From Elusimicrobia bacterium GWA2_69_24 (lineage in GTDB: Bacteria; Elusimicrobiota; Elusimicrobia; UBA1565): DNA of 64,000 nt. A program made the position numbers and the translations under genes. How positions within the stretch are numbered: the stretch's first letter is position 1; every line of letters starts with the position of its first letter. The notes under the pieces are model-generated. The model made no database searches and had not been told where the DNA came from. It worked only from the letters and a program-made list of their open reading frames with translations. The DNA lies in the NCBI GenBank assembly GCA_001799695.1, contig MGTY01000130.1, forward strand, positions 52,504 to 116,503, in the 5' to 3' direction. Below are positions 44,016-53,621 of this stretch, piece after piece.

Positions 44016-45290
44016 TCATGCGGGCGGGGACAACCGGGCTTTCGCCTCGGCCACCGCCTCCTTCGTGCCGATGAGCGCGACGCGGTCCCCGGCGCGCAGA
44101 CGCACATCCCCGCGCGGCACGATGACCGCGCCTCTGCGGATGAGGGTCCCGATCACGACCTGCCGGGGGAGACCGCAGCCGCGGATCTCCTGGCCTATGA
44201 GGGGCGAGGCGGGGTCGGCGGTCACGTGCGCGATGAGGCCGCCGCCCTGCCGGACGTCGCGGGCGAGGGCTTCCGCCTGCTCGACCTCGCGGACCGCCTC
44301 CTGCATATCGTCGTAGAGGTCCTGCTCGCCCACGATCTCGGTCCCCAGCAGGGCCTCCAGCACGTCCTCGAGAGTGACGACGCCGATCCACCGGCCCTGG
44401 CCGTCGCGTACGCAGAACAGATGCTGCTTCTTCTGGATGAAAAGGTTGAGCAGGTCGTGGGCCGGCAGGGAATCGGCGATGAATACGGGGGGGTGCATGA
44501 GGTCGCGCATGGTCAGCGCGTCGTTGCCCGCGAGGAGGCTGAGGTAGACGTCGCGGCGCTGGACCACGCCCACGATCCGATCCGGGGCGTCGTCCCGGCA
44601 GACCGGGATGCGGCTGAAGCGCCAATGGTCCGCGTCCACCTTGGTCATGCTCAAGGGCAGGGCATCCGGGACCCGGCGCACCACGCTCGCGGGGGTCATG
44701 ATGTCGTCGGTGCGGAGCCGGTCCAGATGCAGGGCGTTGACGATCCAGCGGGCCTCCTGGGCCCGGAGCACCCCCCCCTGGAGGCTCATGGTCGCCAGGC
44801 TGATGATGTCGTCCTTGGGGACCGCCACGATGTGGGGATGCCGGCCGAACATCCCGGTGATCGCGGTCAAGAGCTTGACCAGCGGCCAGAATGTCCACAC
44901 CATCGCCCGCAGGGGCCAGGCGCAGTAGGGCGCCAGACGGTTGGCGTATTTCGTCCCCAGGGTCTTGGGGATGATCTCGCCGACCAGGAGTATCCCCAGC
45001 GTCATGCCCGCCGAGAAGAACCCCACCAGGTCGCTGTGGAAACGATCCCCGACCAGGACGCCGATCCAGGTCGCTCCGCCGGTATTGACCAGCGTGTTGA
45101 CCAGGAGGATGGCGGTTATCGGCTCGTCCATCCGGTCGCGCAGGTCCGCCAACAGCGCCCCGCGCCGGTCCCCCTGGCGCTTGAGGGTCTCGATGCGGGC
45201 GCGGCTCACGGAATAGAAGGTCGCCTCCAGCACGGAGCAGCTGAAGGATACGAGGAAGCAGAGCAGGATGAGGAGGACGACCAGCGCCAT
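44016..45290 (-). CDS. CNNM/DUF21-family membrane protein with a CBS pair and a C-terminal RCK_C (TrkA_C) domain
   Basis: DUF21 region MALVVLLILLCFLVSFSCSVLEATFYSVS...GEIIPKTLG. CBS pair (DIMTPASVV..., RIVGVVQRRDV..., WIGVVTLEDVLEALLG). C-terminus LIGQEIRGCGLPRQVVIGTLIRRGAVIVPRGDVRLRAGDRVALIG is typical of TrkA_C. Confidence 0.85.
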   Translation of the reverse strand: MALVVLLILLCFLVSFSCSVLEATFYSVSRARIETLKRQGDRRGALLADLRDRMDEPITAILLVNTLVNTGGATWIGVLVGDRFHSDLVGFFSAGMTLGILLVGEIIPKTLGTKYANRLAPYCAWPLRAMVWTFWPLVKLLTAITGMFGRHPHIVAVPKDDIISLATMSLQGGVLRAQEARWIVNALHLDRLRTDDIMTPASVVRRVPDALPLSMTKVDADHWRFSRIPVCRDDAPDRIVGVVQRRDVYLSLLAGNDALTMRDLMHPPVFIADSLPAHDLLNLFIQKKQHLFCVRDGQGRWIGVVTLEDVLEALLGTEIVGEQDLYDDMQEAVREVEQAEALARDVRQGGGLIAHVTADPASPLIGQEIRGCGLPRQVVIGTLIRRGAVIVPRGDVRLRAGDRVALIGTKEAVAEAKARLSPPA

Positions 45291-46366
45291 CAGGCGATAT
45301 CCCGGAAGGGGTACCGCCGCGGGGCCGTACTGCGGATGTCGCGGCTGGCGAGGAAGGCGTCGACGATCCTTTCCTCCGCCTCCCGCCAATCGCTCTCGGG
45401 CGCCTCGGGACCGAAGCGCAGCGAGCCTCCGGCCATCATCCGGTGGCCGCCGCCCCGGTGCTTGCCGCCGAGTACGCGCCGGAGGATGCGGCCCGAGTGC
45501 TCGGAGAGGCTCGTGGTCCGCAGGGAGACGAACAGCCTCCCCCCGTAGCGGCCGGTGACGAGGGACCACTGCATCCCCTCGTGACTCAGCAGGAAATCCG
45601 CCATCTGGGCCACGCTGTCCGGGCTGGACAGCTCCCGCAGATGCACGCCGATGACGTTGCGCACCATGAAGGCGTGGCGGATGGCGCGGGCGATGGTGCG
45701 GAACAGGGAGGCGGGCTTGGGGGGGTTGGTGATGCGCCACAGGGCCTTGAGGCTGGCGCTGGGGAGGAGCGCCGTGTACGCCGCCGCGTCCCGCGGACCG
45801 GCTTCACGTCCCAGGTTCTGGGTCTCGGCCCCGATCCCGTAGACCAGCGCGGTCGCCAGGCGGATAGGGACCGGGATGCCGGCCTGCTGGAACGCCTCGG
45901 TGAGGATGGTCGCGGTCGCGCCGGCGCCCTCGTCGACCAGGGTCAGCCCCGCCCGAGTGTGGGGGGACAGCGGATGGTGGTCGACGATGAGGCTGGGCTT
46001 GCGGCGCGGGGGGAAGCGGTTGTTCTTGAAAGGGGGCTGGGTGTCGATGAGCGCGATCGCGGGCGCCTCGAGGTCGGCCGGGCGGACCGGCGAGGCCGGT
46101 ATGCCGAGGCTCTGCCACATCATCCGGTTCTCGCGGCGGCCGATGGCGCCGCCGTAGACGATGCGCGCCTGCGCCCGCGCCAGCTTCTTGGCCAGGTAGG
46201 CCAGCGCCCAAGCGCTCGAGAGCGCGTCCGGGTCCGGATGGTCGTGGGTCAGGATCACCAGGCGCTTGAGGGTCTTCCGGTTGGACTCCAGCCAGCGCAG
46301 GAGCAGCCCGGCGGTCTTGCGCCGCCCGCGGTGCCGCGGGAGCGGCAGGTCCTCGGTCTCGGTCAC
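45290..46366 (-). CDS. DHH/DHHA1-family phosphoesterase (NrnA/DhhP-like)
   Basis: VILTHDHPDPDALSSAWAL, LIVDHHP (DHH), GGGHRMMAGG (DHHA1). GTG start at 46366 overlaps the cdaA TGA (GTGA). Shares one base with the downstream ATG. Confidence 0.85.
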   Translation of the reverse strand: MTETEDLPLPRHRGRRKTAGLLLRWLESNRKTLKRLVILTHDHPDPDALSSAWALAYLAKKLARAQARIVYGGAIGRRENRMMWQSLGIPASPVRPADLEAPAIALIDTQPPFKNNRFPPRRKPSLIVDHHPLSPHTRAGLTLVDEGAGATATILTEAFQQAGIPVPIRLATALVYGIGAETQNLGREAGPRDAAAYTALLPSASLKALWRITNPPKPASLFRTIARAIRHAFMVRNVIGVHLRELSSPDSVAQMADFLLSHEGMQWSLVTGRYGGRLFVSLRTTSLSEHSGRILRRVLGGKHRGGGHRMMAGGSLRFGPEAPESDWREAEERIVDAFLASRDIRSTAPRRYPFRDIA

Positions 46367-47532
46367 GGGCGGGCCTCCTTCTCCGCGACGTCCACCGCGA
46401 CCCGCAGCGGGTCGATCTCCTCGACGGACAAGTGGGCGGGACGCACCACGTCCTCGGCCGCGAAGCGGACCAGGTTGGCCCCCGGCTTGGCCAGGGTCAG
46501 GTCCACCCGGGCGGCCAGGCCGCGCCGGTCCACCCAGTAGAAGTCGCGCAGCTTCCCCGCGAACACCACTCGGACCCGCTCCGGCTGGATGCGGACCACG
46601 CGCATGCCGGCCGCCAGGTTGCGCGGGACGGCGGGCAGCTCGTAGGCCTGCCGCCATTCCTTCGCCCCGAAGACGATGAAGAACCAGAGGATGACCGCGG
46701 AGACGGTCGCGATGACCTTCTCGCGGACGTTGCGCTGGAGGAACACCTGGAGGGCGTCGCGGTGCGGCTGGGGCTGAGTATCCTCCACGAACCGGGAGAT
46801 GCGCTCGCCCAGGTCGTCCGGGTTCAGGAGGGTCTCGATGCTCCCCTCCCGCGCCACGGACACCGAGCCGCGCTCCTCGCTGACGACGACGACCAGGGCG
46901 TCGGTCAGCTCCACGATCCCGAGCGCCGCGCTGTGGCGGGTGCCCAGCTTATCGGTCTTGCTGAAATCCTTGGATAGGGGCAGGTGGCAGCCGAAGCGGG
47001 TCAGCCGCTCCCCCTCGATGATCACGGCCCCGTCGTGACCCATGGAGTGGTAGTCGAAGAGGCTCTTGATCAGCGGCTCGGAAAGCAGCCCGTTGAGCTC
47101 CCAGCCTCCTTCCACGTGCCGGTCGAGCGGGTCGCGCCCGCGCAGGACGATCAGGGCGCCGACGCGGTCCGCCGCCATGTCGTGGATGGTGCGGGTCAGC
47201 ATGCCGGTCTGCCGCGCCAGCGGCCGCAGGTCGGCCGTCCCGGGCAGGCTCAGGACCGCGATGCGCTCGAAGACCGTGCGCAGCTCCTCCTGGAAGATGA
47301 CCACCAGCGCGACGACCACGATGGCGAAGAAGCCGTGGAATATGCCCGTAGTCATGGTCATGCCCATGCCGCGGGAGAAGAGGTAGACCACCGCGGCGAT
47401 GAGCATGCCCTTGGCCACGACCGCCGCCTTCGCGCGCTTGAACCACACCAGGAGGGCGTAGACCAGGACCGCCACGAAGGCCATATCGAGGAGGTCGGCC
47501 GTCCCTATCGCCCGGATCGAGGAGAGAAACAT
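46363..47532 (-). CDS. cdaA: Diadenylate cyclase CdaA fused to a YbbR/CdaR-like domain
   Basis: Three N-terminal TMs. DAC motifs HDGAVIIEG and GTRHSAALG. Then an extra TM (VIATVSAVILWFFIVFG) and a YbbR-like repeat (VRIQPERVRVVFAGK...ARVDLTLAKPGANLV...EEIDPLRVAVDV). Alternative ATG at 47556. Confidence 0.85.
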   Translation of the reverse strand: MFLSSIRAIGTADLLDMAFVAVLVYALLVWFKRAKAAVVAKGMLIAAVVYLFSRGMGMTMTTGIFHGFFAIVVVALVVIFQEELRTVFERIAVLSLPGTADLRPLARQTGMLTRTIHDMAADRVGALIVLRGRDPLDRHVEGGWELNGLLSEPLIKSLFDYHSMGHDGAVIIEGERLTRFGCHLPLSKDFSKTDKLGTRHSAALGIVELTDALVVVVSEERGSVSVAREGSIETLLNPDDLGERISRFVEDTQPQPHRDALQVFLQRNVREKVIATVSAVILWFFIVFGAKEWRQAYELPAVPRNLAAGMRVVRIQPERVRVVFAGKLRDFYWVDRRGLAARVDLTLAKPGANLVRFAAEDVVRPAHLSVEEIDPLRVAVDVAEKEARP

Positions 47533-47578
47533 CGTCTGAGATTCTCCGTATATCATAGGAAATTGGCGATACCTCGTT

Positions 47579-47587
47579 TGCTACAAT
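47579..47587 (+). promoter_or_regulatory. Possible extended -10 element TGcTACAAT upstream of acnA
   Basis: TG at 47579..47580, TACAAT at 47582..47587, ATG at 47624. The -35 is weak. Pattern match only. Confidence 0.25.
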
Positions 47588-47623
47588 CCCTGAAAGCGAT
47601 CCATCGCGACCCGGAGCCCCTCC

Positions 47624-50386
47624 ATGAAAAGAACCCGCTTGAACAGCTTCCACGCGCGCACGCCCCTCCGCTCGGGGGACAAGACCTACGACATCTTCCG
47701 CATCGGGGCGCTCGCCCCGAAGTTCGACATCTCCCGCCTCCCCTTCTCCATGCGGATCTTCCTGGAAAACCTGCTCCGCAACGAGGATGGCCGGCACGTC
47801 TCCGCCGCGGACGTGGAGGCGGCGGCCCGCTGGTCCCCCGCCATGGGCGCCGCGCGCGAGGCCGCCTTCACCCCCGTACGCGTGCTCATGCAGGATTTCA
47901 CCGGCGTCCCGGCGATCGTCGACCTGGCCGCGATGCGCGACGCCGTCCAGCGCATGGGCCGCGACCCGAAGAGCATCAACCCCCTGGTGCCCGTGGACCT
48001 CGTGATCGACCACTCCATCCAGGTCGACCGGTTCGGCGCCCCGGACGCCGCGGACGCCAACACCGCGCTCGAGTTCCGGCGCAACCGGGAGCGCTACATC
48101 TTCCTCAAATGGGGCCAGGGCGCCTTCCGGAACTTCCGCGTCATCCCCCCCGCCACCGGCATCTGCCACCAGGTGAACCTCGAGTATCTGGCCCGCGTCG
48201 TCTGGACCGACAAGGAGGAGGGCCGGACGCTGGCCTTCCCCGACACCCTCGTGGGCACCGATTCCCACACGACCATGATCAACGGACTCGGAGTCCTGGG
48301 CTGGGGCGTCGGAGGCATCGAGGCCGAGGCGGCCATGCTGGGACAGCCCCTGGCCATGGTCCTGCCTGAGGTCATCGGCATGCGCCTCACCGGGAAGCTG
48401 CCCGAGGGAACCACCGCCACCGATGCGGTCCTGACCGTCACCCAGCTCCTGCGCAAGAAGGGCGTCGTGGGCAAGTTCGTCGAATTCTACGGCCCCGGCG
48501 TCGGCGCGCTGCCCCTCGCGGACCGCGCGACCATCGCCAACATGGCCCCCGAATACGGGGCCACGGTCGGGTTCTTCCCCGTGGACGCGCGCACCCTGGA
48601 GTACCTGGCCATGACCGGCCGGCCCCAGGAGCTCATCCGCCTGGTGGAGGACTACTGCCGGGCGCAGGGCGTCTTCCGCACCGACGACACCCCCGACCCG
48701 GCGTTCACGTCCACCCTGGAACTGGACCTCGCGACGGTGAAACCCTGCATCGCCGGACCCAAGCGCCCCCAGGACCGGGTCGTCCTCTCGGAGGCGAAGC
48801 AGGCCTGGGGCGCGGCGCTCCCCGAGCTCCTCTCCCGGACGAAGGGCGCCGCGCCCGACGCCGCGGCGAAGGTCTCTTGGAACGGCCAGGATTTCGAGCT
48901 CCGCCACGGGAGCGTGGTCATCGCGGCGATAACCTCCTGCACCAACACCTCCAACCCCTCCGTCCTCATCGCCGCCGGCCTCCTCGCCAAGAAGGCCGCG
49001 GACAAGGGCCTGCGCGCCCGCCCCTGGGTCAAGACCAGCCTATCGCCGGGCTCCAAGGTCGTCCTGGACTACCTCCAGGAATCGGGACTGCTGCCCTGCC
49101 TCGAGAAACTGGGCTTCCATCACACGGGCTTCGGCTGCATGACCTGCATCGGAAACTCCGGCCCGCTGCCGGAGCCCGTGGCCCAGGCCATCGCTCAGAA
49201 GAACCTGGTCGTGGCCTCGGTCCTCTCGGGCAACCGCAACTTCGAGGGCCGGGTCAACCCGCATTGCCGGGCCAACTACCTGGCCTCGCCGCCGCTGGTG
49301 GTGGCCTACGCGCTCGCCGGGCGCATGGACATCGACCTGGCCGCGGAGCCCCTGGGCACCGGCGCCGACGGCCGTCCGGTCATGCTCGCCGACATCTGGC
49401 CCAGCGACCACGAGATCGCCCAGGCCGTCCAGAAGACCGTGCGCAAGGAGCAGTTCGTCCGGCAGTACGCGGCGGCCACGGCGGGCAACGCCGACTGGAA
49501 GGCCATCGCGGCCCCGGGGGGTGAACGCTACTCCTGGGACCGGGAGTCCACCTACATCCAGGACCCTCCCTACTTCCGGGATTTCGACGGCCGCCCCAAG
49601 ACCCTCGGAGACATCGGGGGCGCCCGGGTGCTCATGGTTTTGGGGGATTCCGTGACCACGGACCACATCTCCCCCGCGGGCTCCATCCCGAAGAACGGGC
49701 CGGCCGGCGGCCACCTGCTCGAGCGGGGCGTCGCCGTCGAAGACTTCAACCAGTTCGGCACGCGGCGCGGCAACCACGAGGTCATGATGCGCGGGACCTT
49801 CGCCAACATCCGCATCCGCAACCTCATGCTCGACAACGTCGAGGGGGGCTACGCCCTGCACCTGCCCGACGCCAAGCAGACCACGGTCTACGACGCCGCC
49901 ATGCAGTACCGCGCGGAGAAGACCCCGCTCCTCATCCTGGCGGGGAAGGAATACGGCACCGGCTCCTCCCGGGACTGGGCCGCCAAGGGTCCTTCCCTGC
50001 TCGGGGTGCGCGCCGTCATCGCGGAGAGCTTCGAGCGCATCCATCGCTCCAACCTGGTCGGCATGGGGATACTCCCGCTCCAATTCGCCCCCGGCCACAG
50101 TCGGGGGGCGCTGGGGCTCACCGGCGAAGAGTCCTATGACCTCGAGGGGATCGCGGCCGGCCTGCGGCCCGGCATGGAAGTGCGCGTGACCGCGACGGCC
50201 TCGGATGGGTCCAGCAAGGAGTTCCGCTGCCTGCTGCGGGTCGACACCCCGGCCGAAGTCGAGTACTGCCGTTACGGCGGCATCCTGCACTACGTGCTGA
50301 GCACCCTGAAGGACCCGGCCGCCGCCCCCTCCGCGCAAGGCCTGACGGCACGCCCCGGGGACGGCGGCCCCATGGCCGCCGTCTGA
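47624..50386 (+). CDS. acnA: Aconitate hydratase A
   Basis: 920 aa. [102 protein letters not shown]. Confidence 0.95.
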   Translation: MKRTRLNSFHARTPLRSGDKTYDIFRIGALAPKFDISRLPFSMRIFLENLLRNEDGRHVSAADVEAAARWSPAMGAAREAAFTPVRVLMQDFTGVPAIVDLAAMRDAVQRMGRDPKSINPLVPVDLVIDHSIQVDRFGAPDAADANTALEFRRNRERYIFLKWGQGAFRNFRVIPPATGICHQVNLEYLARVVWTDKEEGRTLAFPDTLVGTDSHTTMINGLGVLGWGVGGIEAEAAMLGQPLAMVLPEVIGMRLTGKLPEGTTATDAVLTVTQLLRKKGVVGKFVEFYGPGVGALPLADRATIANMAPEYGATVGFFPVDARTLEYLAMTGRPQELIRLVEDYCRAQGVFRTDDTPDPAFTSTLELDLATVKPCIAGPKRPQDRVVLSEAKQAWGAALPELLSRTKGAAPDAAAKVSWNGQDFELRHGSVVIAAITSCTNTSNPSVLIAAGLLAKKAADKGLRARPWVKTSLSPGSKVVLDYLQESGLLPCLEKLGFHHTGFGCMTCIGNSGPLPEPVAQAIAQKNLVVASVLSGNRNFEGRVNPHCRANYLASPPLVVAYALAGRMDIDLAAEPLGTGADGRPVMLADIWPSDHEIAQAVQKTVRKEQFVRQYAAATAGNADWKAIAAPGGERYSWDRESTYIQDPPYFRDFDGRPKTLGDIGGARVLMVLGDSVTTDHISPAGSIPKNGPAGGHLLERGVAVEDFNQFGTRRGNHEVMMRGTFANIRIRNLMLDNVEGGYALHLPDAKQTTVYDAAMQYRAEKTPLLILAGKEYGTGSSRDWAAKGPSLLGVRAVIAESFERIHRSNLVGMGILPLQFAPGHSRGALGLTGEESYDLEGIAAGLRPGMEVRVTATASDGSSKEFRCLLRVDTPAEVEYCRYGGILHYVLSTLKDPAAAPSAQGLTARPGDGGPMAAV

Positions 50387-50391
50387 CGGGA

Positions 50392-50832
50392 ATGGAACCC
50401 CTGGAGGAGCGTCTCCATGCCGCCGCCCCCTCCGCGCAAGGTAAGAAGGCGCGCCCCGGGGACGGCGCCCCCTGGGTCGCCGGGATCCGCCGCGACCAGG
50501 TCGAAGAGACCTTCGTCCGCTCCGGGGGCAAGGGGGGGCAGAACGTCAACAAGGTGGAGACCTGCGTCGTCCTGCGCCACACCCCCACGGGGCTCGTGGT
50601 GCGCAGCTCCTCCGAGCGCAGCCAGGGCCAGAACCGCCGCCTGGCCTGGGAGCGCCTCGCCGAAGCCGTGCTCCGTCTCCGCCGGGACCGGGAGGCCGCG
50701 CGCCGCGCCGCCGCCGAGAAGGAGCGCCGGCGCAAGCGCCCCCGCCCGGGTTTCCTGAAGCGGGCCATCCTGCAGGACAAGCGCCGCCGCTCCGAGACCA
50801 AGAAGCGTCGCGGCCGCCCTGCCGAGGACTGA
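50392..50832 (+). CDS. RF-1-domain GGQ protein (ArfB/YaeJ-like peptidyl-tRNA hydrolase)
   Basis: [27 protein letters not shown]...[13 protein letters not shown], followed by a basic C-terminal tail ([14 protein letters not shown]). Confidence 0.75.
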   Translation: MEPLEERLHAAAPSAQGKKARPGDGAPWVAGIRRDQVEETFVRSGGKGGQNVNKVETCVVLRHTPTGLVVRSSSERSQGQNRRLAWERLAEAVLRLRRDREAARRAAAEKERRRKRPRPGFLKRAILQDKRRRSETKKRRGRPAED

Positions 50833-50838
50833 ACTGGG

Positions 50839-52929
50839 TCAGTAGATGAGCCGGCGGCCGACGGGGGTCTCCTCCGCCAGCTTCACGCTCCCCCCCGGAA
50901 GGCGAAGCCTTCTCCCGTCCCCGGCGCCGCTCAGCTCGAACACTTCCACGCGCGCGACGCCGGTGCGCAGCGCGGACTCGGGCACCAGGACCGCGAACCC
51001 GGTCTCGCGGCCCTTCCACGGAAACGCCCGGCCGACCGCCCATATCGTCCCGTCGACGGCCACCGCCAGGCGCGGCAGCCCCCCCGCCGGCCGGCCGGCG
51101 ATGGTCCCGCGGACGTAGGCGGGGACGAAGGACGCATCCGCCGCGTCCCAGCGCAGCTCCACCCCTCCCGAGCCGGACTGGTAGGCGGAGACCGGCCTCC
51201 CGACCAGATCCCCGTCGGGCCCGAAACGGAACAACCCGTCGGGACGCAAGGCCCCGGTCCCGAATAGACGGAGCTTGCGCCGCAGCGCGGGCCCGGGCGC
51301 CGGGAGCTCCCCGGCCGCGGCGGCGGTGCCCCTCCCGCCGGGGAGCAGGGCTCGTCCGGGCAGTTCCGCCGGGACGATCCGGCCCGCCGCCGCGAGTATC
51401 GTCGGGAGGACATCGATGCCGCGGGCCTCTCCCAGCACGGCCCCGCCTCGGGACTGTCCAGGCAGCTTCACCAGCAAGGGGACCCTGCGGACGTCCTCGG
51501 GATCGGCCGGGGCCGGCTCCCGCGCGGGCCCTCCCGGCCAGAAATTGAAGCCGTGGTCGGAGGTCACGACGACGAGAGCCGCGTCGAAGAGGCCCGTCTC
51601 GCGCAGACGGGACGTCAGCTCCCCGAGGAGGCGGTCCGTGAATCCCACCTGCAGGAGGTAGCGCTGCTGCGCCAGGAGCGCGAGCTCCTCGGGACCGGTC
51701 CAGCGGTCCTCCTCCACGCCGAGCAAGGGCTCCTCGAAACGGTAATGCCGTCCCGAGGGGAGATAGCTCGCGGGGCGATGCGGGAGATATACATGCATGA
51801 AATGCACCATGGGCCGGTCCCCCGCGACTAAGCCGCTGAGGAATGAACGGAACTCGTCGACGCGCTCATCCGCGCAAGACGACCGTCTCCCGCCGAAGGC
51901 CCCTTTCCGGGCGCAGGGATCGCGGGGGATGAACCCCTTCCAGCGGCCGGAGATGTCGGGCAGGTCCCCCGTCAATTCCTCCGGAAGAAGGTGCTGGAGT
52001 GCGGCGACGGCGGAATCCTCCAACAGGAGGCCGATCCTCTCCGCCAGGCTCGAGCGTCCGGTGATGATCCCGCAGAGGGACTCCGGACACGCACGCGTGA
52101 CCAGCTCGCGGACGTTGAAGTCATAGTCCCCGGCTATCAGGGTGAAGAGGCTGCGCCCGGAGGAAGGGGGACCCCGGGGCCCCGGCGGCGCCATACCGCT
52201 CAGCAGGACTGGGACGGAGTCTATGGTCCGGGCCGCCGCGGACTTCGCCTCGGGGAACCAGAATCCAGTCTCAGCCAAGGCCGCGAAGTTCGGGTAACGC
52301 ACGGGGTCGATGCGCGCCCGCTCATCCTGCATAGCGGACAGCGACAACCCGTCGAACACCACGAAGACGATGGGGGGAGGAGGTCCGGCCCGTCCCGACC
52401 CGGCGGGCGCTGCGGGGAAGGCTTGCTGCCCGGCGGCCGGCAAGGCGGGTGCGATCCTCCACAGGAAGAGTGCGGGGAAGACGAGCAGCGCGGGAGAAAG
52501 GGCCGTGACGAAGGCCCGCGCCGCGGGCCGGCGGGCGTACAGGGCGGCGGCGCCCGCACCCGAACCGAGCACCGTCACCCAGAAGATCGGCCACCACTGA
52601 ACGGCGAGAGCCAGCGGATAGACGTACAACCCGTATTGGCGGCGCAGAGCCATCCCGAAGGGCATGATCGCCGCGGCGGCCAGGCCTCCGATGATGAGAA
52701 GATCCGCGGCCCGACGGGTCCCCGGGAACACACGTCCCCAGACGGAGCGCAGGAGGGTGAGCGCCGCGGGAAGCGCCCCGCAGAGGAACGTCAGGAGGAT
52801 CACGGCGTCAGGCAGGCGGGTCCGATGGGCGAGGAAGAAGTCCGGCTGCCGGCCCAGCAGATCGAGCACCGGTTGGGTGAAGGCGAAAGCGGAGAGGGTC
52901 CAGATGTGGAGGACCAGCCGCCGGCCCAT
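50839..52929 (-). CDS. Sulfatase-like (alkaline-phosphatase superfamily) enzyme with an N-terminal polytopic membrane domain
   Basis: Multiple TMs, then IVFVVFDGLSLSAM... and VVVTSDHGFNFWPGG (sulfatase/LTA-synthase-type motifs). Start moved to the ATG at 52929 (MGRRLVLHIW). Confidence 0.8.
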   Translation of the reverse strand: MGRRLVLHIWTLSAFAFTQPVLDLLGRQPDFFLAHRTRLPDAVILLTFLCGALPAALTLLRSVWGRVFPGTRRAADLLIIGGLAAAAIMPFGMALRRQYGLYVYPLALAVQWWPIFWVTVLGSGAGAAALYARRPAARAFVTALSPALLVFPALFLWRIAPALPAAGQQAFPAAPAGSGRAGPPPPIVFVVFDGLSLSAMQDERARIDPVRYPNFAALAETGFWFPEAKSAAARTIDSVPVLLSGMAPPGPRGPPSSGRSLFTLIAGDYDFNVRELVTRACPESLCGIITGRSSLAERIGLLLEDSAVAALQHLLPEELTGDLPDISGRWKGFIPRDPCARKGAFGGRRSSCADERVDEFRSFLSGLVAGDRPMVHFMHVYLPHRPASYLPSGRHYRFEEPLLGVEEDRWTGPEELALLAQQRYLLQVGFTDRLLGELTSRLRETGLFDAALVVVTSDHGFNFWPGGPAREPAPADPEDVRRVPLLVKLPGQSRGGAVLGEARGIDVLPTILAAAGRIVPAELPGRALLPGGRGTAAAAGELPAPGPALRRKLRLFGTGALRPDGLFRFGPDGDLVGRPVSAYQSGSGGVELRWDAADASFVPAYVRGTIAGRPAGGLPRLAVAVDGTIWAVGRAFPWKGRETGFAVLVPESALRTGVARVEVFELSGAGDGRRLRLPGGSVKLAEETPVGRRLIY

Positions 52930-52934
52930 AGGGA

Positions 52935-53621
52935 TCAGAACGGCTCGCGCGAGGACTGCAGGGAGTGGCGCCGGTCCCCGTCGAAGAAGCGCAGGGAGAT
53001 CACGGTCCGGCTGGCCCCTTCCACCCGGATGAACCGCTCGCGCGGCTGCCAGTCCGCCCCCAAAGGCGCCCACGAGAGGGGCGGCAGGAAGACCCACTGC
53101 TCGAAGCGGAACAGGTGGTTGCCGGGGGCGAGCTTGAGCCCCCACCGCTTCTCCGCCGATTTTGGGCCGATATGGGTCTCGCCGGCCGCCGCCCCGTCGA
53201 TGAAGACCCGGGTCTGCGACAGCACATCCTCCTCCGAACCGCTGATGGCCTCGGACACGGAGAGCACGAGGTTCGCGTCCGCAGGGACCGGGACGGGCGG
53301 AGTGGGGAGCACGGGGGGAGGCAGAACCACGTCGGGCGCGGGCGCCGTGGAAAGGACGAGCTCTTGCGGCGCCGGAGCGGCGGAGATTACTTCGAACACG
53401 GTCAAGGAGGACAGCTCCACCGCCGCGACGGGGACCGGCGCGAAGACCGCCGGCAGGGTGAGGGGGATGGGGACCGCGGGGACGGCCGTCGGCGCGGGCG
53501 CGGGAAGCGCGACCCCCGGAGGCGGAGACGGCGGGGCGGAAGGCGCCGCGGCCTGCCGGGACCCGGAACAGGCCGCCAGGGCCAGCAGGGCCAGCGGCAC
53601 GCAGCGCCGCAGGAGCCTCAT
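52935..53621 (-). CDS. Lipoprotein with a Pro/Ala-rich linker, unknown function
   Basis: MRLLRRCVPLALLALAACSG lipobox. Long PAPxP-rich region. C-terminal about 110-aa domain not recognised. Confidence 0.65.
   Translation of the reverse strand: MRLLRRCVPLALLALAACSGSRQAAAPSAPPSPPPGVALPAPAPTAVPAVPIPLTLPAVFAPVPVAAVELSSLTVFEVISAAPAPQELVLSTAPAPDVVLPPPVLPTPPVPVPADANLVLSVSEAISGSEEDVLSQTRVFIDGAAAGETHIGPKSAEKRWGLKLAPGNHLFRFEQWVFLPPLSWAPLGADWQPRERFIRVEGASRTVISLRFFDGDRRHSLQSSREPF

Noticed and set aside
44002-44898. N-terminal extension of about 300 aa in the 1013-aa track ORF for glgP
   Set aside because: It reads through the CNNM-CBS gene in another frame and is Arg/Pro/Gly-rich. A strong AAGGAG Shine-Dalgarno sequence precedes the internal ATG at 44001, where phosphorylase homology begins.
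45290-46657. N-terminal extension of about 97 aa in the DHH phosphoesterase track ORF, and similar extensions at 27964..28137, 29153..29212, 52930..53145 and 63211..63732
   Set aside because: The extensions overlap the upstream genes out of frame and are Arg/Pro/Gly-rich. Internal starts that overlap the upstream stop codons (ATGA/GTGA) fit the operon structure and the onset of homology.
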